A DNA stretch of 64,000 bases from the human T2T-CHM13v2.0 reference genome, Homo sapiens: NCBI RefSeq assembly GCF_009914755.1, contig NC_060931.1, one strand, 5' to 3'. The stretch's first letter is position 1. Each line of letters begins with the position of its first letter. The notes below the pieces were generated by a model that saw nothing but the letters and a program-made list of their open reading frames with translations, had not been told where the DNA came from and did not search any database. This document shows positions 28,768-42,100 of this stretch, in pieces. Both the position numbers and the translations under genes were made by a program.

Positions 28768-30146
28768 CATTTCCAAAAGTTTTAACCCATTCCAGCATCA
28801 ACTTTAAGTTCCAAATCTAATCTAAACATCACCAACTCAAAAAGTTACAAATTGCATCATCTAAATCAGGTGTTGCTGAAATCTGTATGGTCTATCCTGG
28901 GCAAAATTCCTCTCCATCTCTGGACCTATGAAACTAGGAAACAAGTTATCTAAATACAAGTATCTAAAATACAAAGGTGGGCTAGGCATAGGATAGACAT
29001 TTCCATTCCAAAAAATATTAAATGGAAGGAATAAAGAGGTCACCAATCCCAAAGGAGTCAAAACTGAGCAGGGCAAATTTCATTAGGTCTCAAGCCTTGA
29101 GAATAATCCTCTGTCACTCAACACACCCTTGGGGCCCATGGCCGTTCTGCCTTTTGGGTTTGTGGTAGCCCTATCCTCTGAGTCCACAGTGGTCTATCCT
29201 TTGGACCTACAGTGGCCTCAGGATCATTCTTTCATTTTCTTAAATGGTAGCAAATATTTACAGCTGACTAGCTCTACTGGCCCACTTTCTGTCTGTAGAA
29301 GTTTGGAAGTCTGATAGTGTTCTCACATTTCATCCTGCTTCTATCCTTTTAAAAGTTCAAGCTGGCAGTCTGCAGATACAACATTCTCAAAACCCTTGTG
29401 GTTCTCCTGTGGGGGTCCAGGGATTCATGCCATTAGACAAAAGGGTTCTCCACAGATTTCCCATGAGTAACTCATTTCTATTTTTGGCTTCTGGTGAGGT
29501 GGTTGAGTGTATCCATGAGTCATGCTTTATCTCTTCAGCAAAAGGTTGTCCAGCCACATCCTTGATCTTCTCTCTAGAACACGCTTCCTAACAGAATTTC
29601 CTAACTTTAGCATCCTTTGCAATCTGGGTAGACTGATAACTTCCAAAATAAAAGTGCTTGTTCATTTTTATCTAACAGTTCCTTTCTTATCTTATCTTTT
29701 TGCTTGTATTTATTTGACTATAGGCAGCAAGGAAAAACCAGCCTGCATCTTTAATACTTTTCTCGGAAGTCTGCTTTTATTTCTACTCAGAAATATTCAA
29801 GCTATTGCTTACAAATTAGGCTTTCCATACAACAAAGAAAACATGATTCAGCCAACTTTTCTGCCCGTATATAAAAGATGACCTTTCCTTCAGCTTTCAG
29901 TAACACATTCTTCATTTCCTTCTAGCAACATTCTGTTTACAGCAATATTTGTATTCTCTTAGACAATAGAAGCTTTGTCTACCATGTACCCTACTTCCTT
30001 CTGAGCCCTTACCAGAATCCAGAAGTTTTCTATCCTCTGCCTCAAAATTCTTCCAGCTTTGGGTAATTGCACATTACCTAATTCCACAGTCACTTCCACA
30101 GTTTTAGGTATTTGTTACAGTAGCACCTCATTTCTAGTCACCAAAC
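28768..30146 (-). mobile_element. MLT1 (MaLR) internal sequence
   Basis: aacccattccagcatcaact; ggcataggatagacatttccattcc; ends gtatttgttacagtagcacc...caccaaac directly against the LTR. Confidence 0.8.
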
Positions 30147-30568
30147 TATGTATTCATTTCCTAGGGCCACCTTAATAAAGTGCCACAAAATTGGTGTCTT
30201 AAAAAATAGAAATTCATTCTCTCACAGTTCTGGAGGCCAGAAATCTGAAATAAAATTTGCATTCCCTCTGAAGGCCCTATGGGAGAATTATTCCTTATCT
30301 CTTCTGGCTTCTGGCAGCTCAAGGTGCTCCTTGACTATGACTGCACCACTCCACTTTCTGCCTCTGCCTTCTTTTTTCGTTTTCTCTTCTGTCTCTTAGA
30401 AGGACATTTGTCATTAGATTTGGGACCTACCTGGATAACCCAGGGTGATCTCTTTTCAAGATCCTTAATTACATTTTCAAAGATGCTTTCTCCCAGTAAG
30501 GTCACATTCACAGGTTCTAGGGGTTGGGATGTGAACCTATCTTTCTGAGAACCATTTAACCTACTACA
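30147..30568 (-). mobile_element. MLT1B/C-like LTR (5' LTR of the MaLR element)
   Basis: tgtattcatttcctagggcc...tcacagttctggaggccaga...aaggtcacattcacagg...cctactaca. Confidence 0.85.
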
Positions 30569-30984
30569 ACTTTCCAAAAAGATTCTCACTTAGGTTCATG
30601 AGATTCTAGGCCAAAGATACTCACTGCAGCATTGTTTGTGTCAGCTGGGGGTTGTATGTCCACCACTTGGACAGTATGTAGATAAAATATGGTGGATACT
30701 CACTGTATCAGAGACATTTATGGCTCACTGGCTGCCAACACACTTCTCACATTTCCTAGCCCCTCCCACAGTTGGTCGGGGCCATTCAACAGTTTTGGTC
30801 GATGTGCTGTGAATAGCAGTGATATGTGTACTTCAAGTCTGAAGAATGTAAGAATGGATATGGATTCCCTATATTTTTTTCTTCTCTCCTTTAGCAACCC
30901 TGAAAGTCATAATTTCCCAGTGACATAGCTATGAAATGGAAGTAGAAGGGATCTCTGAGTTGTGGCTTAAAAAAGAGCTTCCCT

Positions 30985-31279
30985 GGCCAGGCATGGTGGC
31001 TCACACCTGTAATGCTAGCACTTTGGGAGGCCTAGGTGGGCAGATTGCTTGAGCCCTGGAGTTCAAAACCAGCCTGGGCAATGTGAAGAAACCCTATCTC
31101 TACCTAAAATACAAAAATTAGCTGGGGGTGATGGCTCATGCCTATAGTCCCAGCTGAGGTGGGTGGATCACTTGAACTTGAGAGGTGGAGGTTGCAGTGA
31201 GCTGAGATCACACCACTGCGCTCCAATCTGGGTGACAGAGCAAGACCCTGTCTCAAAAACAAAGAAACAAACAAAAAAA
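30985..31279 (+). mobile_element. AluJ
   Basis: Dimer; TSD aaaaagagcttcc / aatagagcttcc. Confidence 0.92.
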
Positions 31280-31350
31280 TAGAGCTTCCATGACCTATGG
31301 AGGGAACAGCCAGACTTACAGAGGATTCTACATGAATAAACAATCAACAG

Positions 31351-31654
31351 GGCTGGGCACGGTGGCTCATGCCCGTAATCCCAGCACTTTGGGAGGCCAA
31401 GGAGGGCAGATCAGCTGAGGTCAGGAATTCAAAACCAGCCTGGCCAACATGATGAAACCCCATCTCAACTAAAATATAAAACTTAGCTGGGCACAGTGGT
31501 GCATACCTGTAGTCTCAGCTACTAAGGAGGCCGAGGCAGGAGAATTGCTTGAACCCAGGAGGTGGACGTTGCAGTGAGCAAAGATTGCACCACTGCCATC
31601 TATCCTGGGTGACAGAGCAAGACTCCGTCTAAAGAAAAAAAAAAAAAAAAAAAA
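31351..31654 (+). mobile_element. AluS
   Basis: Dimer with A tail. Confidence 0.93.
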
Positions 31655-32399
31655 ATTTGTCTATTAAGCCACTATGATTTGGGGGTTTTTACTTCGGCAT
31701 AGCCTGGGCTACCTTGATTAATGTGTACACCATGAAATACTATCATTTGTTAGCAGCAACAGATTAGAAACATACATAGCCTCATGGATAGATCTTAAAA
31801 CCACAGTGCTTAATGAAAAAGTAGGAAAGAGGCTAGAAGGGATACTATAATATCATTTACAGAATTTAAAATAAGTGCATACAAATAAAATGGACATTCC
31901 ACAAGAACACATCCAAATGAAAAGATACACATTCAAATGGGGGTAGGGGAGAGGAATTAGGGTTAAAAAGGAAATCAGTTCTTCTATCAAATAAGGGATT
32001 TGCGAGTTCTAATAATGTGCTAAGACCTAATGTGTGTGTGATAATGTGCTAAAACCCAAGGAAGATGACAAACCAGATGTTTGGCCCTTCTAGGCCGAAA
32101 CAGAATCTGAGGCAGGCTGGTCTAGGGTAGCACTCTTGGGAGAGACAGGAGAGAAGTCTGAGGCCTGCTGAGAGATAGCGGGTAAAGAGAGAAAGAGAAG
32201 AGCCAGCAAAGGTGCCTGAGGAAGAGGAGTTGGAAAAGTTGAGAAGGTAAATAGTCAAGTGAAATGTAACAGGTTCTTGATAAACAATGCGGCTGGGAGC
32301 GTGGAAAGGAAGGTGTTGATAAAAGAGATATATTAAGATAAAGTGCAGTTAAATCCATCATTTTTACCACATTGTACAAGTCCAGCGTGGTTTGGCCAA

Positions 32400-32780
32400 G
32401 TTCATCTCTGCTCAGCCCAAACTCCAGACACTGGTCTCTCAGATGTTTTTTTTAACTGTCTCAGGGCTCAGGTACTTGCAGTTTCCTTTATCATCCCCCT
32501 TCTTTTCACGGCCCTTCTCATCATTCAAGTGGTCTCTCTGAGAGGCCCTCTCTGGCTACATTTTCTAAAGTAGCTTCCACTATCACTCTCTCTCCCACTG
32601 CTTTATTTTCAGCACTACTCACTACCTGAAAGTAAAGTATGTCTTTACTTTCTATTATCTTTTTCTCCACAAGACTGCAAGCTCCATGAGAGCAAGCCCT
32701 TGTCTTGGTTATTCACCATCATATGGACAGTGGTTGGCACAGTGGGTGGCACATGGTAGATACTCAATAAATATTTCCTC
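32400..32780 (+). mobile_element. L2 3' end
   Basis: agactgcaagctccatgagagca...ggcacatggtagatactcaataaatattt. Confidence 0.75.
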
Positions 32781-33574
32781 CATTAAAGGCTTGTGAAGAA
32801 AGCTAAGTGGACTCTGATATGTTCCACCCAAGTGATGGAGTATATGGAGATGCTGTTAACTGAGAGGAATGGTGAGAAAGGGAAGATGTTTTGAGGATGT
32901 TCAGTTTTGTAAATGTTGGGTTTTGAGGAAACCCATGACATATCCAGGCGGAGGTTGTCAACAGGTCATGAGTCAAAAATTGGGTGAAACCTGTAGATTT
33001 GGGAGCTGTTGGCAGGTCACCGTTGAAACCTTGAGGAGAAATGAGGTAGCAGAGAGTGAGTAAACACTGCCAATTGAATGAGGTCATTATACGCAATGCT
33101 TAAGCTCCACTGTGGAGCCTAATCTTAGATCTATGAAATCTGGCTCTGAATTCCACTTCCATGTAAAAAATACAGAAGCAAGATTCCTCCACATTTGCCC
33201 ATTGTCTGACAGATTGAGACAGAAACAATCCCTGTCATCCAGGGAGCTTATGCTTAGCTAAAACATTCCATGTACGCTGAAGTTAGGAACACCAATTTCC
33301 TAGCCCCTGCTACCTAAGAAGCATTGTTCTGGCTTGGAGTTGCCCACCAGAGCCATCTCAGGCTACAAAGGCTGAAAGATTACAAGAGCCAAAACACATC
33401 AGTTTTGAAGAGAAAGTTATCCTAACAGTTCTGTTCAGATCAAGATGAACTTTAAATAATCCATATCCACCACAGGCTTCTTACTAAGCAGTTCAGGACT
33501 CTGGTCAAATTGCCCACAGTCAGACTGAAAAGAGAAGGGAAATCATGATCCTAAGCACTAAAATAACTCGTTTC

Positions 33575-33722
33575 TGGTTGCACATTAGAATCACCTGGGA
33601 AACTTGAAAAACAAACACTGCCTGATTCCCACCCCATGCCAATGAAGTCAGAACCTCTGGGGGTGGGCCTTGGACGTCAGTATTTTCTTAAAGTACTACA
33701 GGTGATTTTCATGTACAGCTGG
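33575..33722. mobile_element. MER5A-like MITE
   Basis: cacattagaatcacctggga...caggtgattttcatgtacagc. Confidence 0.7.
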
Positions 33723-33882
33723 TTTCAAACTAAAAATGTGTCACTGGAAAAATGTTCCTTTCTTCTTCCCCCTCTTTCTTTCCTGGAAATAATGAAAGGA
33801 CATAAAAGTCATCTCAGCATGTATACCTCCCCATTGGTCAGACTTTAGCCATTAGCTCCTCTTGAGCTCTGCCCAAGAGTGG

Positions 33883-34023
33883 CAGCTGGATGAGTCAGTT
33901 ATCTCCCTGTTCTCAAGGAGCCACTGGAACCTTGGGAACCCACTGGGGAAATAAGCGGGAAAAAGGGTGAGTAGATCAGACCCCACGAACAGTGGGATAG
34001 TTTTGCTATAACTGCTGACTCAT
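33883..34023. promoter_or_regulatory. Candidate enhancer: E-box, AP-1, GATA and NF-E2/MARE motifs
   Basis: CAGCTG 33883, TGAGTCA 33891, TTATCT 33899, TGCTGACTCAT 34013 in apparently non-repeat DNA. Confidence 0.4.
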
Positions 34024-34456
34024 TTAGCTGGCATTTCCCTTTTCCTCTTCCTTTGCCATAACAATAGTCAAATCCTAGAACATCAGACCTGTGAGAGGTC
34101 TAAGTCCTCGCCTCATCCAAGAATCCTGTTAGTAGTGATGGTGGTTATGGGGACATTGCAGAGTAATGAAGTGACCCATCCAGATCACATGTGTATTCCA
34201 TGCCTCATCCTATCCCCCCACCATTTACCTGCCTCCTGGAGACATTCAGAGAATATGCACACTAATACACCTAAGGGATGGACCTCAAGTATTCTAGCTA
34301 CCACTTAGTGAGGGGTCGGGTCTAGAATTAATTTTCAAACTTCTTCAGAAGAACAAGTGTGTCACATTCCAGGAGTGGGAAACATAATGGCCTTAAATAC
34401 TGTGTTGAATGACAACTGAATGAAAGTATTTGACACAACCCACCATTGCCTCATTC

Positions 34457-34758
<302 letters not shown>

Positions 34759-35199
34759 CATTGCATCATTCTTCAAGCCATCTTCTTAGTGACAGGACAT
34801 GTTCCTGGTTGTCCTCTTACCTTTCTAAAGAATAGTTCCTTCTCCATTGGCTTCTCTGCTCCTCTTCCTCCTCACACTAGCCTCACACTTTTCTTGGGGT
34901 GAGGGGGTGGGGTCCTGAGGCTTCTCTGCAGAGTTAGAGGTCTCTTCAGGACAGCTTGAAACATGATCCAGCCTTAGTCCCTTATTTGGCAGGACTGGAA
35001 ACTGAGGTCCAAAAAGGATATGTAATCTACATAAAGTCATGGGAATAATTTAGTGACACAATTGGGACTAGAACCTAGGTCTCCAGATCTCCAACTGCAT
35101 TCACTGCTCAGTTCATCTTACCACTGACTTGAACACAGGAGGAAGAACACCAAAGAGTGTTGCTGATCTATATGAAGCTCTTTGTTCTTCATCTTCTAA

Positions 35200-35365
35200 G
35201 TCCTTGTTATTCAAAGTGTAGTCCATAAACAGCAGGCACTATCTAGATGCTTATTGAAAATGCAGACTCTCAGGCCTCACCCAGACCTACTGAAAGAATC
35301 AGAATCTGCATTTTAACAAGATGATCAGGTGATTCTAACACACATTAAAATTTGAGAAGCACTTT
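35200..35365. mobile_element. MER5A-like MITE
   Basis: aaatgcagactctcaggcc...cccagacctactgaa...gaatctgcattttaacaagat. Confidence 0.75.
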
Positions 35366-37478
35366 TCTAAATCACCATTTAGGTATTCATTCATGCAAGT
35401 ATTTACTCAACATACACTGTGTAAAACAAAATGATAGGCACTGAGAAGTTTATACTACCAGAAAAATAATACAAATAGAACTTGTTTTAACACTTTAAAA
35501 ATTTTAGAAATAATGGCAAATTAAGGTATTTAGTTGGATACCACTGATACATGTGGATATGATAGTCAATTTCTACATCAAAATAATTTTAGGTTTAAAT
35601 ATCGTAATAACATGATAAAAATAAAAATCCGAACACCCATCATCCTGGTATCAAGTGCATGTGTCAATTTCCAAAGCTCTCAAATCATTCTCCATTGCTA
35701 TCCAAAGCCTTTGCTTAAATCAAAACCATGATGCACAACTGACTCTGGTTTTGTGTCAAAGCAAAGGATGGAGTACCAATTCTGTTCTCTTTATTGCAAA
35801 ATTCCTGGCACAGAATAACTTTACTACCCTAGCAATTGTTGCACCTTTCCCAATTTCCTTGATCTTCCTGTTGTCAAAAAATGATTTCTGGCATGGAATT
35901 AAGCAAACCCAAAGCACACCTGATGTCTGCCAACTTTCCTTCTGCCTTCTCTTATTAACACTGAATTTCAAATCAAGAGCCTTGGCCTTTCCTTGTTTCT
36001 TGGCAACAGAGCTTCCAGAGGAAGTGCAAGAGTGAGGACACACACAAAGACTGCAACAGAACAAAGGCAGAGAAGACAAACACATGCACAGGGAAACATA
36101 AAACCTGTGAATGTGGGAACAATCAGGCCCCCATTGATATAATGACATTATTTATCAAACCCCAGGTGTCACAGCTCCTCTGTCCTCTGCTCTAGTGCTG
36201 TCTTTGTGTGTTCATGCAACAAACAGTATTTGTAACATTCTGGATGATGTTTCTAATAAGCTGCTAACTGTAAATAAGATCAAGTCTGAACTCACAGAAA
36301 CAAAAGCCCTTGGAGTAAATATAATTGAGAAGAAAAGCAATACATGTACAAGACAGTTATATCAATACAAGCTCTGATGTGACAAAGTAACCACATGAGG
36401 AACAAACATGATAAGCACACAGATTCTCAAAGAAGATGCCCAGACTAGAAGCAAGGGGAGAACTGTCCTTCTTCTCTCTCTGAAGACTGGCCTTTTTTAC
36501 TTATCCATTTTCATGGCAGGCAGAAGATGGCCACCCTACAGCTCCCAAGCTTACACCTTACAGCCAAGACTATGGAGAAGAACCGTCTCTCACAGTCACA
36601 ACTCCAAGTTCCCAATACAGGAAATGATTTGTCAGGTGTCTGTCCCTGCACCAAGCAGCAGTAACCAAGATCTGTCAGCAATGCCTGACTGCTAGGAGTC
36701 CATGCCTGTGGACCATATAGAGGAGAGGTCTTCAAATAGAACATTTGTTGACTTGTGACCTGGGCAGATAAACCAATAGTTGTCCACCTGGGAACAAAGA
36801 GATGCAGCCACAAACATGAGCATCAGCCAGCAGCAGCACCAAATCCAGGACTATCTGCCTGAGCCAGGGGCCCGGCTGGAACCTCACTGTCAGAGTTATG
36901 TGTAGGCAGAACAGCAGCATTTCATAGAAGTTTAGAGGGAATAGTCACTCAAGGCTAAAATGCTGGAATCTTCTCAAACTCACATTCCTTCACCTTTTAA
37001 GTCTGTTAGATATTCCATATCTGATTGTTCATTTGTTTGTTTTATCATTTTAGTGCCTTCTTCTCCTGAAACTCACTTTGTCCCACCTTCTCCACTGGGG
37101 CTACTATTCTTATAGTGCAAATACTCATCTTCTAGTACAAATACATCCAGACCAGAGTCAGGAACGAGAAGCCTCTAGTCAGTCTTCAATTTTCCCATTA
37201 TGGTTCCTTCTTCGGGTTTATTTTCTAAAGAATGAACAAACATGGGATTATTCAACTAAGGGCTGAATGTTAAAATACAAGTTTCACTGTGGCTCTAGAA
37301 AGTTGAGGCCTGAAGTGAATGTGGATCATGTTCTGGACCAATTCTGATGTGTTGAAAAAGCTATCATACAATATACCTGCTAATTTATGCAAATTATATG
37401 TTGACTGTAGGTAATAAATGATATTGGCAAGTCATCACCTCACACACTATGCTTTAACAGCCCTATCAATCAGCATAT

Positions 37479-38020
37479 TGTGTCAGTTACAATAGGGTGC
37501 TTTTGGCTGCAGATAACAGAAAACAACCTAAACTAGCTTAAGTAATAAGTCATTTTATCAAATAACAAAAGGTGAAGGTATGGTGGTCTAGGATTTAGAA
37601 GCTGAAAAATATCATTGAGGACCAGAATCTTTTCTTCTTTCCCTTCTGCCATCCTCACTGTATTAGTTAAACCTGTTATCTGGCTCCCCTCATGACCCCA
37701 GGATGGCTGCCATAGTCCTAAATGCCAAGAGTAGAAAGGATGATTCCTCCGAAAAATTTGTTTTTAATCAATGAGGAAAATATTTCCCAGAAGTCTCCAA
37801 CAGACTTCCCCTTCTCTCATTGGCCAGAATTCTGTCACATGCCCATGCTTAAACCAATCATTGGCAAGAGGAACAGGACCACTATGTTTGGCTTAGGCCA
37901 ATTAGAATTCACCAGGGACGAGGAGGGGCCAGTCTCGCCTAAAGCATCTATCTGATACCCAAAATTTTGGGAGTTCTATTAGTAAGGGCTATAAGTAGGC
38001 AACCAATGGCGTCTTCCACA
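37479..38020 (-). mobile_element. MLT1J/K-like LTR
   Basis: cttttggctgcagataacagaaaac...tcattggccagaatt..gtcacatgccca...ttccaca. Confidence 0.7.
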
Positions 38021-38059
38021 GCTCCCACTTCTAGGAAGACATTTCTGGCACTAAAATGA

Positions 38060-38367
<308 letters not shown>

Positions 38368-38499
38368 GAAGATAACTATCTTATCAAAGATATAACCAGG
38401 ATTAAAAAGCTGCTTTCACACTGCCAGCTGTCCTGTTCCAGCTATGTGGGAAACTCAACTGTGCCTAACTGTATAGCAATAATAAAAGCAATAATGAAA

Positions 38500-38560
38500 C
38501 AATAACAACAATTACTGAGCACTCACCGTATGCCAGGCCCTGGGTTAAGTGCCTTACACA
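38500..38560 (-). mobile_element. MIR, first part; continues at 43196-43335
   Basis: ttactgagcactcaccgtatgccaggc...gtgccttacac. Confidence 0.7.
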
Positions 38561-38569
38561 CTAGAAGGG

Positions 38570-38720
38570 ATACTGTGCAGGGTGAGGCAAGTGAGGTGCA
38601 AAATTTAAAAAGGTACTTGCTCTCAGGGTTGTTCATGTGCATGTTGGCACCTGAGAGTGGATGCCTCCTTAAATGTCACACCCTAGGATCCCCTCTTGCT
38701 TCCCCCTAGTGTCAGCCCCA
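38570..38720. mobile_element. MER96-like hAT MITE
   Basis: agggtgaggcaagtgaggtgcaaaatttaa with inverted counterpart ...cttgcttccccctagt. Confidence 0.6.
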
Positions 38721-38725
38721 ATGCT

Positions 38726-39135
38726 GCAATGTGCCACCCAGATCTACCACAACATTCAGAATCAAAGTACTCATTTCCCAGTGTTGGGAGTGTGAGGCTG
38801 AGCACTGTCAGCTGAGTCCCTCACAGGGAATTTCTTTCAGCAGAAGATAATTGCCTTGCCCAGGTTCATCCCCTTCCTGGGGGCAGCCCTTATCCAATAA
38901 CTGTTGAGTGTAGAAGTATGAAGTTCCAGCACTTTTGCATCAACCTGGGTAAACTCTGAGATGTCATCCCATACTCAGAGTAGCCCATAGTACTGGCTCA
39001 GAGCTTTCATGTAACTGCACTGCAGTTCATCTCCTTCTGACCCATCTTATTTTCCTCACTCACAAAAGCAGTCCCCAGTTACCTCTCAGCATGCTTATCT
39101 CCATCTCAGAGCCCATTTCTTAGTGAGTATGTCTA
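38726..39135 (+). mobile_element. LTR16-type 5' LTR
   Basis: tgcaatgtgccacccag...actcatttccc...ttgcccaggttca...tctccatctcagag; colinear with 42765-43197. Confidence 0.75.
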
Positions 39136-42100
39136 GCAAAAGTTGTTGCAGGAATGGTCTAAAGAAGCAACATTAAAATGGGCTACAATGAGGAACTCAG
39201 TCCTAGTGATAAGATGAAGCACTGAGATACACTGATTTGTAACCACAGTGAATTTTTTTAAATTTGCACTAGGATGAACTAGGGTGGGAAACAGTAGAAG
39301 GGAATGCACTGTCAGATGCAATGTATTAAGTCGTTGAGCTATGGGTTGGATAATAATTATAAGGGCTATGGAATTTGATGGCTGTTGTCAGGGAGACAGA
39401 TGTATTGAGTAAAAACAGTGAAAGACTGAGTGTGATCAATCACTATTTAAAATTAAATGTGACTACCAGAGGCCTTATTGGAAACACATAGAGAAACTCT
39501 CATATCCTGCAGCCAGAGGGCAGAAAACGCTGAGTATCAGACCCAGGACTTCATTATAAAAATAGCAGAATCACAGAGGAAATTGAATTCTCAACCCAGA
39601 AGGTATTCCACATCAGAGTCTGGTCTCTAATTATGAAGGGGTGAGACACTGAGACTTGGAATGGGGAAATTTATGTTGATACACTCATAAATCTCAAATC
39701 CCCAGATTCTCCACCCCACCCCCAAACTTCCTGAGCCTAAAGAATTGGCTCACTCCTTTCTAATAAATTCTATCACTACCTCTTACCTGAAGACAGGTAA
39801 GCCCTCTTCTAAAAAAACACTTGCCTGTGCTGGGCAGTCTTTAAAATAGCCCCAATGGTCCCTGCCTTCTGACAGTCCCACCCTTATGTAGTCCTCTTCT
39901 ACTTTGAATAGAGATGACTTTTGTAACCAATAGGATATTTCAGAAACAACAGAGTGTGACTTCTGAAGCTAGGCCACAAAAGGAATTGTGGCTTCCTTCT
40001 TGCCATTTTCGGATTATCCACTCTAGGGGAAGCTACCTCCTATGTTATGAGTATACTCAAACAGCATGACGGAACGATCCATGTGTCAACAAACTGAGGG
40101 TTGCTGCCAATAGCCAGTGAGTAACTGAGACTTCATGCCAAAAGCCATGTTATGAACCATCTTGGAAGTAGGACCTCCATCCCCAGTCAAGCCTTCAAAT
40201 GGCCACAGCCCTAGCCAACATTTTGACTGAAATCCCATGGGAGACATTGAGCCAGAAATCCTGAGATAATAAATTTTGTTATTTTAAGTTGCTAGATTTT
40301 GGGGGTAATTTGTTATACAGCAATAGATAAAATAATACATCCTCTCAGAATCTACTCCTACCTCCCATCTTGGCCATCAGACCACTAACTAGAATTAAAT
40401 CACAACATAACCAATTAAGGAAGTTCTGGGTCTTCGAAGGAAAGAAAATAATCATATTCCCAAATAAACTGCAGTACTTAGCTAGCATATGCCAGCAGGA
40501 ACTAGAATAATATGTTTGGACAGGATTTAATGCCCCAGAAGACAGCACTAAGACACATGTAGGATGGATCAGGTAAGTTTGGAGAAAACAGTAAAGAAGA
40601 AATGCCATAACTGCCACAGCAAACAGTGGAAGAAAAGATCAAAAGGCTCAGAAAAGTAGGCATGCTAGAGCAGACAGACTAAACAAGATGAGAAAATACA
40701 CCAGATGGCTTTGTTCCATGACAGGGGCGAAAAGATATTCTGATTATCAAAGTGACAAGGAATACCCTGGTGAGAGGGCCACCAATGTCACTGAGAATTT
40801 CAGTAGAAAACATCCTCTACTGAAATTCTCAGTAGAATTCTCAGTGGCCATAGAACCAGGCTGATGGTAGTAGTTGTTATTACAGAGCTGAACTCATGGA
40901 TAGCAATAGTGGATCCTAAAAAGGATCCTAAAATCCTTTTCAGGAAGAATCCTAAAAAGAGCCCAGGCAGCCACCTTTAACCACTAGAAGCAAGGTGGTC
41001 ACAACTGTCATAATCCATGGAGACAGTTAATAGAATACAGGATTTCTAGGGCAAGTCATTAAGAGTAATGTTCAATATATAGACCCCCACTTCCCCCCAC
41101 CCCCCCAAAAAAATCAAGGATTCGTGATTAAGAGACTAAGGGCAGCCCAATGAAAAGTCATTATCCCTGGCCCAGTTTCTGGATCTGAGCCAGTGTTCTG
41201 ACCCAGAATCTACTGACTAAAGGAGGGGCAAGTTCTCTAGGAGGGAGGATCCTGTAACACCATGGTAAGTATATATAGTAATGATTATCTCAATCTTTCC
41301 CTAAAAGAATCTATGATCCTTTACTCAAGTAACTGTACACTTGGAAAGGGGGAAATCCCAAGCATTTTGAGAATGGCTGGACACAGAACACAAGTTTGCA
41401 CTGAAACCCAGGGATCCAAAGTAACATCATGCTCCACAACCACCCCCACCATTAGAGTGGAGGCTTAAGGGGGCCAACTAATAAACGGAGTTCTGGCTCA
41501 ACTCTGGCTCACAGTGGATACACTGGTTCCCTGGACTCACTTAGAAATTTTTCCTGTTCCTGTATTCATAACTAGAATCAACATACTTGGTTGTTGGCAG
41601 AGCCTCCACATATCACAGTGGGAAAGCTAAGTAGAAGCCACTGAAATTGCCTTTCCCACCCAGCCATGATAGTATAATAAATCAAAAACAGTATCATATC
41701 CCGAGGGGAACAACAGATCTAAGGATGCAGGGTGGTGATCCCCTTCACATTCCTACTTAATTCACGAGTCTGACCTTTACCAAAGCCATGTGGATCCTGG
41801 AAGATGACCGTGGACCAGCAAACTCAACTAAGCACTATCCACAACCGCAAATGCTTTGCCAGATATGATATCTTGACTACAGCAGATTAGTGTTGCCTCT
41901 AGTACCTAGTTTGCAGCCATGGATCTGACAAATGCATTCTTTTCCGTCTCTATCAGAAAGATAGATCGTAAACAGTTCTCCTTCACTTGGGACAGACAGT
42001 AGTATACATTGTCTTACAGTCTTGCCCCTGGGCTGTGTTAACTCCTCACCCTCCATCAAAATATAGTCAAAAGAAAGCTGGGTCACCTGCTATCCTGCAA

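Larger units (their letters stand above)
30705..31725 (+). mobile_element. Old MLT1 LTR split by two Alus
   Basis: catttcctagccccctccc...; ttaagccactatgatttggggg...gcatagcct tail. Confidence 0.55.

Noticed and set aside
28171-28807. ORFs of 112-165 aa on both strands
   Set aside because: They lie in the GC-richer 5'UTR of the old L1; no protein similarity
39510-39523. CTCF-like motif cagccagagggcag
   Set aside because: Single imperfect match within ERVL; not supportable without ChIP data
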